Of a stretch of 56,352 nucleotides of DNA, positions 50,841 to 56,352 are shown in pieces; position 1 is the stretch's first letter; each line of letters starts with the position of its first letter. The notes under the pieces were generated by a model that saw only the letters and a program-made list of their open reading frames with translations, was not told the origin of the DNA and searched no databases. The stretch comes from Planctomycetota bacterium. GTDB taxonomy: Bacteria > Planctomycetota > Phycisphaerae > WQYP01. The translations under genes and the position numbers were made by a program. The stretch is taken from the NCBI GenBank assembly GCA_021785435.1, contig JAJYFE010000005.1:1-56352 (forward strand), written 5' to 3'.

Positions 50841-51275
50841 CTACGCTCCCGCGGCGTTGAACACGGAACAAATGAATTTCACTTCCACGTGGTACACTTC
50901 GGTGTTGGCGGCGTCAAAACCAGCCAGGGCGGGTTGCGGGGCCGCGGTTTGCCGACAATCCAGCAGCGTCCCGACGGACAGGGGAAAGGAGGCCGCATCC
51001 AGCAGCGTTGTAAGTTGATCCGCCATGGCCAAAGCGGTGGTCAGGGCGCCGGCTACGCAGGTCAAGGTGAGGCTCGCCGGCGTGATTCGATCTCCGGCGA
51101 AGTCATGAGCGCCCGCTAATCCCGGCGTGCCGGCGGCAACATGCAAGGTGATAAACGGCATCGTCGCCGTTTCCGGGGCCCGGCTCAGGTAGACCGTCGG
51201 AGCGGTTCCGGCGATTTGCGACAGCGCACTATCGCTGCTGATGCGGTTAAGGATAGCCTGAATCAGTGGTTGCAT
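50841..51275 (-). CDS. phage tail terminator / tail completion protein (DUF3168, SPP1 gp17-like)
   Basis: L..AI..R...DSAL......VY...APE.A.MPFIT pattern and gene position. Confidence 0.75.
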   Translation of the reverse strand: MQPLIQAILNRISSDSALSQIAGTAPTVYLSRAPETATMPFITLHVAAGTPGLAGAHDFAGDRITPASLTLTCVAGALTTALAMADQLTTLLDAASFPLSVGTLLDCRQTAAPQPALAGFDAANTEVYHVEVKFICSVFNAAGA

Positions 51276-51286
51276 GGAGCCTTTCC

Positions 51287-51640
51287 TTAATCCTGCGGCG
51301 CCAGCCGCTGCGTATAGATCGCCCAGCCTTGGTCGCGATCCCCCAAATTGATCGTAAAGCGCACCTGGTAATAGTCGGTTCCATCGAAAATGCGGTCGCC
51401 GAAATCGGCGCCGAGGGCAGCGCCAACTATGATTACATGGGTAGCGCTCATGCTACGCCGATCCGGGGGCGCTGGCATGGCTAAGGCGCCTTGGCCGCCC
51501 TGCACCCGCAACGCCAGGATGGTGGCGGGAATATTTGCGGCGAGAATCCGCCATTGACGCAGCGCCTCGCCGTTGGGGCCGGTGGAGACGGTGGCGCGCT
51601 GCAGGCTGATTTGCCGGCGGCATAGCAAACGTAAACTCAT
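51287..51640 (-). CDS. phage head-closure/stopper protein (SPP1 gp16-like)
   Basis: ISLQR......PNGE....W......IPA.I and GDRI.DG...Y.V pattern; ATGA overlap with the upstream connector gene. Confidence 0.7.
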   Translation of the reverse strand: MSLRLLCRRQISLQRATVSTGPNGEALRQWRILAANIPATILALRVQGGQGALAMPAPPDRRSMSATHVIIVGAALGADFGDRIFDGTDYYQVRFTINLGDRDQGWAIYTQRLAPQD

Positions 51641-52470
51641 ACCAACACATCCCGGTAGCGATCCAAAATCGCCTTGATTTCCGGCGTAAAAATTAAATCA
51701 CCGGCCCGGGCGACATATTCATAGCCGACGGTCTTGCCTTGGGATTCGCGCTGCTTGCTCAAGTCCGGTTGGTTGAGCACGTTGCCGATGGCCAGGGCTG
51801 CGGCCAGCTGGATGTCCTGCGGAATCAGGCTGCCGCTGATCTGGCAGCCCGCGGCATGGGCATTGACAAAAACGGCGGCGAAACCCGTCGCGGTGGTGCT
51901 GATGACGCTGATGATTTCCTGACTGTCCTGATCCGGATCGATCGTTAAATCCATGCTCGGGGTGATGGTCCAGGGTTGGCCGTCAAAAAGGCCGCTCATG
52001 GCCTGCGGCGTAACGGAGGCCGGGCCGGCGGCAATGGCAGCGCTGGCGGTGGTCAAAAAACCGAAGCCGGCATTGTAATCCACCAAGATGGCATTCAGCC
52101 CCGCATAGGCGAACCCGGCGCGTTGGGCATAGCCACCGGGAAAGTTCGCGGTGAGCTCCGGCCTAAAGCTAAGCCGCCCGATTTCCGGGCGCAGGTCGAA
52201 TTGATCCACGGCGTAGTTGATGGGGTTGGGGCCTGTGGGGAAAAAGGTCACCGCATTGACGGCCAGCACCGGCGTGCGGCGAAGCATCAAAAACGGCATC
52301 GCACCGGCGTCGTGGTATTCCTGGTAACGGGCGGGCGTGAAACTGCGCCGACAATAACGCTCCACCGCCTGGCTGACGGCGGAAATCAGGCTGGCCAACA
52401 TGGCACTATCGGCGCCGCTGGCCGCAGGGGTCACGCTGGTGACATAAGCTGCGGTGACGAGATCAGCCAT
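51637..52470 (-). CDS. phage head-tail connector/adaptor (HK97 gp6 / SPP1 gp15-like) with an inserted domain
   Basis: MADLVT, D..L..LI.A.S..VERYC.RSF, L...PV..V..V, V.Y.AGF, IP.DI..A and P.IK.ILDRYR; 277 aa from ATG 52470. Confidence 0.8.
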   Translation of the reverse strand: MADLVTAAYVTSVTPAASGADSAMLASLISAVSQAVERYCRRSFTPARYQEYHDAGAMPFLMLRRTPVLAVNAVTFFPTGPNPINYAVDQFDLRPEIGRLSFRPELTANFPGGYAQRAGFAYAGLNAILVDYNAGFGFLTTASAAIAAGPASVTPQAMSGLFDGQPWTITPSMDLTIDPDQDSQEIISVISTTATGFAAVFVNAHAAGCQISGSLIPQDIQLAAALAIGNVLNQPDLSKQRESQGKTVGYEYVARAGDLIFTPEIKAILDRYRDVLV

Positions 52471-52853
52471 GAGAAAGCTATAGCGGCGGCCGCCGGGGGT
52501 AATAGGTGAACTGGCTTGACGCCGTTCCGGCAGGGCGCCGCCGGGCCAGGCGTCCGCGAAGAACTGGCGCCCCGCCGGTGATAAATTCGCGTCCCCCGAC
52601 TTGTGGTTGTTACGGGAGTGGCCGATAATCCTAAGTAGGAACGCAGAGTGAATGCGGCGATTGAAACGAGGCTTCCGGATGGGTCCCAGTAGCAGGCACG
52701 GTCCCCGTGCCGTGGCTTCTCCGCTTGGTTTAACGGCACGCGGAACGCGCCTTCTAGCGCATTCATTCTGCGTTCCCACTTAGCCACAAGGCTGGGCCAC
52801 AGGGTGTTGTTGGTGCTTGGCGCAATGCGGCGCGTTCTGGTTAGGCAGGCGCG

Positions 52854-53792
52854 GTGAGCTACGAGAGTGAAATGCTGCGGCGGTTTGGGATGCCGCCCCG
52901 GAAGCGGGTGTCGCAAACCCTGATGCGCGTGCTGCTCAAGCACGGTGGCGTGGTAAAAGAGTTCGCTTCCGGCCAGCAGGTGGTACGCGAAATAGCCGAT
53001 GAGCTTGGGCTGAATGAGCGGCAGCGCTCCGCCTGCCTGGAGACGGTGTACCGGAAGGAGGGACGCTTGAAGAAATCTCTTTTGTGGCATCGTCTGCTCT
53101 TCCGCGCGGCGGATGCCCTCGCACGACATGGGCTGGCCTCCCGTCCGACGCGGACGGCACGGCTTACCGAGCAACGGGAGTGGATGCTAACGGAGAAGGG
53201 CCTTGACGAAGCGCTCGGGCTGTGTGGTATCCCAGCCGAAAAGAAGGAGTCCCTCCCCCTTAGGTCGTACGAGGTTCAAAGGATCGCAAGCACGCTCGCA
53301 CGGTCCGCGCGGGCCGAGGATTACGATCCGTTCGACAGGGGCAAAAATACGGTCGTACGCCAAGAGAAATCCACGCTACGGGGCAGGGGGTTCCGCCAAG
53401 CGGTGATCGACGCCTATGATTGCCGCTGCGCGATCTGCGGGCTAAAAATAAGGTCACCCGATGCGTTGTCCTGGGAGGTGGAGGCTGCGCATATCGTACC
53501 CAGCGGGCTGCTGGGAAAGGACGATCTCTGCAACGGCATTGCGCTGTGCCGTCTTCACCACTGGGCGTTCGACGTGGGCTGGCTTACCCTTCTGGACAGC
53601 TACCGGGTCCAGGTCTCACCCCGCGTGGACGGGCTGCCGCCAACGTGGGGACGGATCGGAGGATACGAGTGCATCCGGGCGCTCGCGGGAAACCCCGGAA
53701 GAATACGCCTGCCGTACCGGGAGGAGATCTACCCGCATCCCAACGCGATGCGGTGGCACCGCGAGAACGTCTTTTACGGCCGGGATCGATGA
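52854..53792 (+). CDS. HNH endonuclease with N-terminal Mrr_N-like winged helix (putative restriction enzyme)
   Basis: IADELGL...QR, W.......A...L...GL and W.LTEKG; FRQAV..AY..RCAICG, EAAHI and NGIALC..HH.AFD.G. Confidence 0.85.
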   Translation: MSYESEMLRRFGMPPRKRVSQTLMRVLLKHGGVVKEFASGQQVVREIADELGLNERQRSACLETVYRKEGRLKKSLLWHRLLFRAADALARHGLASRPTRTARLTEQREWMLTEKGLDEALGLCGIPAEKKESLPLRSYEVQRIASTLARSARAEDYDPFDRGKNTVVRQEKSTLRGRGFRQAVIDAYDCRCAICGLKIRSPDALSWEVEAAHIVPSGLLGKDDLCNGIALCRLHHWAFDVGWLTLLDSYRVQVSPRVDGLPPTWGRIGGYECIRALAGNPGRIRLPYREEIYPHPNAMRWHRENVFYGRDR

Positions 53793-53812
53793 TCTGGGGT
53801 GGCTGACGGACA

Positions 53813-54139
53813 ATGAACGAACAAAAAAGGGTGGTATATTCCATAGAGGTAGGGGACCTGCAGGCCGTCGCTAAGCAGGAACTCGGGCGGAGATTAACCC
53901 CCAAGGAGGCCCGCGCGGTCGAACGCACGCTCGACGACTGCCTCGCCTGGTACGACGCCGTTGCCTACGCGATCAGTGCTCGCGTGGGATTGGACGCTGC
54001 GTCCAAGCCTCGACGAACGCGCGCGGCCCGCGCCACTGGAGTCCCCCTGGCTCTTCGCCACAGACCCGCGGCGCACAAACCCGCGCGTCGGGGCGAAGAC
54101 GCCCGGGGCGTTAGGGGAACACGGAAAAACTCGGCCTAA
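53813..54139 (+). CDS. small hypothetical protein
   Basis: ORF directly after the HNH gene; helical N-terminal ~55 aa (YSI...DLQ.VA..ELGR.LT..E...V...L) and low-complexity tail. Confidence 0.55.
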   Translation: MNEQKRVVYSIEVGDLQAVAKQELGRRLTPKEARAVERTLDDCLAWYDAVAYAISARVGLDAASKPRRTRAARATGVPLALRHRPAAHKPARRGEDARGVRGTRKNSA

Positions 54140-55392
54140 CCGTACCGATCCGGGTTCAGTCGCTCCAGAGCGATGGCCGGCGTTTCACCGGAGAGCACCT
54201 GGGCCATCAACTGGCCGGTGATCGGACCCAGGCTCAGGCCCATCATGGCGTGCCCCGCCGCCACCGCAAGATTCGCGTAACGGGCGAAGCGCCCGACATA
54301 GGGCAGACCGTCGGGCGAGCAGGGGCGCAAGCCGCACCAGCGCTGGCCTTCCCGGAAATCATCCGGTCCAAACTCCGGCAGATATTGCCCAATGGATTTA
54401 AGCATGCCGTGGATGCGGCGCGGATTCAGCGACAGGTCCAGGCCGCCGATTTCCATGGTGCCGGCGAAGCGCAGACGCTGGCCCATGGGCGTGACGGCGA
54501 CGCGCGCTTCCGCCAACAGCACACTTCGGGTCGGCTTTGTTTTCGCGCGTGGCAAGGTCAGGTGATAACCTTTGCCCGCCTGCAGAGGCAACCGCAAACC
54601 CAGCTGGCCGGCCAGCCGCGCCGACCAGGAACCGCCTGCGATGACAAACTCATCCGCGGAAATATCGCCGTGATTGGTTTGTGCGGCGATGACGCGGTGG
54701 TGGTCGACGCGCCATCCGGCAACTTCCGTGGAAAAGGACAGTTGCACTCCGCGGTCCGCCGCCAGGCGCCGCAACGTGGCCATAAAGCGTTCTGGAACGA
54801 GATGGCCATCCTGCGGATAGTACACCGCTCCGGCGATGTTCATCTGGAAATTCGGTTCCAACCGCTTGGCTTCTTCAGGCGTCAGCACCTCCACTTGCAG
54901 GCCGAGCTTGCGCACCAGCTCGGCCGTTTCCCGTTCCTCCCTTAATCCCGGCGCAGACCGGCACAGCACGAGCAACCCGCTTGGGGTCAATCCAAATTCA
55001 TTGCCGGTAAGATCCGCCAATTCGTCAAAAAGTCGGCGGCTGGCCAGATGCAAATCCCGCAACAGCGGCGCACAGGCGGCGACGTGCGCGGCATTGGCGG
55101 CGCGGTAAAATAGCCAGCTCCACCGCCATAAATCGCGGTCCCAACGGAGCCGCAGGTAAAACGGGCTTTCCGGGTTGAGCATCATCCGCAGCCCCTTGGC
55201 CACCATGCCCGGCGCGGCCAGCGGCACGCAGTGGCTCGGAACAATGAACCCGGCATTGCCAAATGAGCAACACTCGTCCTCCGGGGCGCCGCGTTCCACG
55301 ACGGTGACGGGATGCCCCCGCTGCCGCGCGTAATAGGCGGTGCACAAGCCGACGACCCCGCCGCCCACAATCAAGATTCGGGAGTTTGGCAT
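54136..55392 (-). CDS. dadA: FAD-dependent D-amino acid dehydrogenase (DadA-like)
   Basis: IVGGGVVG, SFGNAG, GKGY, GLRPCSPDGLP and GH.M.G.SLGPITG motifs. Confidence 0.85.
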   Translation of the reverse strand: MPNSRILIVGGGVVGLCTAYYARQRGHPVTVVERGAPEDECCSFGNAGFIVPSHCVPLAAPGMVAKGLRMMLNPESPFYLRLRWDRDLWRWSWLFYRAANAAHVAACAPLLRDLHLASRRLFDELADLTGNEFGLTPSGLLVLCRSAPGLREERETAELVRKLGLQVEVLTPEEAKRLEPNFQMNIAGAVYYPQDGHLVPERFMATLRRLAADRGVQLSFSTEVAGWRVDHHRVIAAQTNHGDISADEFVIAGGSWSARLAGQLGLRLPLQAGKGYHLTLPRAKTKPTRSVLLAEARVAVTPMGQRLRFAGTMEIGGLDLSLNPRRIHGMLKSIGQYLPEFGPDDFREGQRWCGLRPCSPDGLPYVGRFARYANLAVAAGHAMMGLSLGPITGQLMAQVLSGETPAIALERLNPDRYG

Positions 55393-55995
55393 CTTCTGTT
55401 TATTCCAGGCCAGCGCGGTGCGGGCGGCATCCTAAAAGTTTTGGAGAATCCCAGACCGCCAACCCGCGGCCGCATAGGATAACGTTGGTCCGTCGATTGC
55501 CCAAACCCAATTGGCCCAGCGTTCCGCTCCCCGAATAGCCGTTCCTGCCCAGCGGATACTCTCCGCCGCGGGCCTTCGGCCTGAGGATTATGAAAATAGC
55601 GTTCACCTGGCCTATCTATACCGCGCGCAACCAAGTTTGAAACAAATGGTCGGGGCAGGGTCGGGCGTCGGCTGCCCCGTTGCCCGGGTCACCGCGGGCG
55701 AGTCGCCAAAGCTCGCCAGTCTGCGAGTCGCGCCCTGGCGACCTGCCCGCCCACTGGCGGGGTGACCCGAAGCCCCGGTGCTTTTGATAGGCACCGCTGG
55801 GGCGCCTAAAACCACGCCTTGCCAGGCGCCGGCACTTCGAAGTTGGGTGCGTCGGGGATAGCCCCGATCGAAGAGTCGCCTTGGGAGATTTTGTGGAGGG
55901 TGCTGTTACCGCGCCACCCCAGCCCGTCATCTGCGGGGCAGGAACGCCACTCGGCGACGTGGTACAATGCTCCGAAGGGTAACGATGAAATCGAT

Positions 55996-56255
55996 GCTCG
56001 CCTTGTCGAGTCGCCTTCTTCGGCGACCGGTGCCACAATCCGTCAAGATCTCCGCGCCGTGCGAAGATTTTGGTTCGGTAGGAAACTTTGGTTGCCCGGC
56101 GGCCCCGACACCCCCGGCAAGGTCTCCGAAGGCGACTCCTCGATCCACCGAGGGTCGCCGGGGCGACTGAACCGATCCGCCTCCGTGCGGACCGGGGGAT
56201 ATATGTTTGGTTGCGGCCCGCAGGTCGCCGAAGAAGGCGACTCGACAAGGCGAGC
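55996..56255. repeat. inverted pair of family A repeats enclosing copy 2 of the ~140-nt structured repeat
   Basis: GCTCGCCTTGTCGAGTCGCCTTCTTCGGCGAC (55996-56027) and its exact reverse complement (56224-56255). Confidence 0.85.
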
Positions 56256-56290
56256 CGCGCTGGGCAAACACCAAATCCCAGGAGGCCGCG

Positions 56291-56352
56291 TTGGAATTAA
56301 ACCGCATCCACCAGGGCGATTGTATCGCCGGCATGGCACAGCTGCCCGCAGA
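56291..56352 (+). CDS. N-terminus of a probable site-specific DNA methyltransferase (N4/N6), truncated by the window edge
   Basis: AGGAGG SD, then TTG start: MELNRIHQGDCIAGMAQLPA, the typical N.I..GDC...M..LP start of beta-class methyltransferases. Confidence 0.7.
   Translation, partial: MELNRIHQGDCIAGMAQLPA

Noticed and set aside
50316-52470. Complete prophage or contractile tailocin
   Set aside because: No capsid, terminase, portal, integrase, sheath, baseplate or lysis gene is recognisable in the window.
52471-52779. ORF-track N-terminal extension of the adaptor (380 aa), and similar extensions for cydB, queD, the UROD-like gene and the DUF4159 gene
   Set aside because: The extensions lack family similarity; downstream starts match the family N-termini better.

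Overview
High-GC bacterial chromosome segment, most likely from a planctomycete (Phycisphaerae-like). This is inferred from a DUF1559-type prepilin protein, a double-DUF4159 protein and the RpoB/RpoC sequences. From left to right it contains: CDP-dideoxyhexose genes (rfbH, rfbG, rfbF); IS remnants; ymdB; cydAB-nadC; rpoBC without the usual flanking ribosomal-protein genes; a ~14 kb catabolic cluster bounded by an exact 30-bp direct repeat; an IS1634 remnant; an ORF-less group II intron; queD and sppA; a DUF2892/RND efflux operon; thpR; a porin; a four-gene phage neck-tail module; an Mrr_N-HNH nuclease; a dadA-like gene; and the start of a DNA methyltransferase. Four signals stand out. (1) A conserved ~140-nt structured element occurs twice, 40 kb apart, each time directly upstream of a different, unrelated 2',3'-cyclic phosphodiesterase gene (ymdB and thpR). 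(2) A 496-nt ORF-less group II intron is inserted inside the GTGG tetranucleotide of a REP element and itself carries two REP-like hairpins. (3) An intact adaptor-stopper-terminator-tube module with GTA-like gene order has no capsid or terminase genes nearby. (4) A prepilin gene has four tandem RBS/start cassettes and an AT-rich palindrome inside its pilin helix. All family assignments come from motif recognition by eye; no database searches were run.
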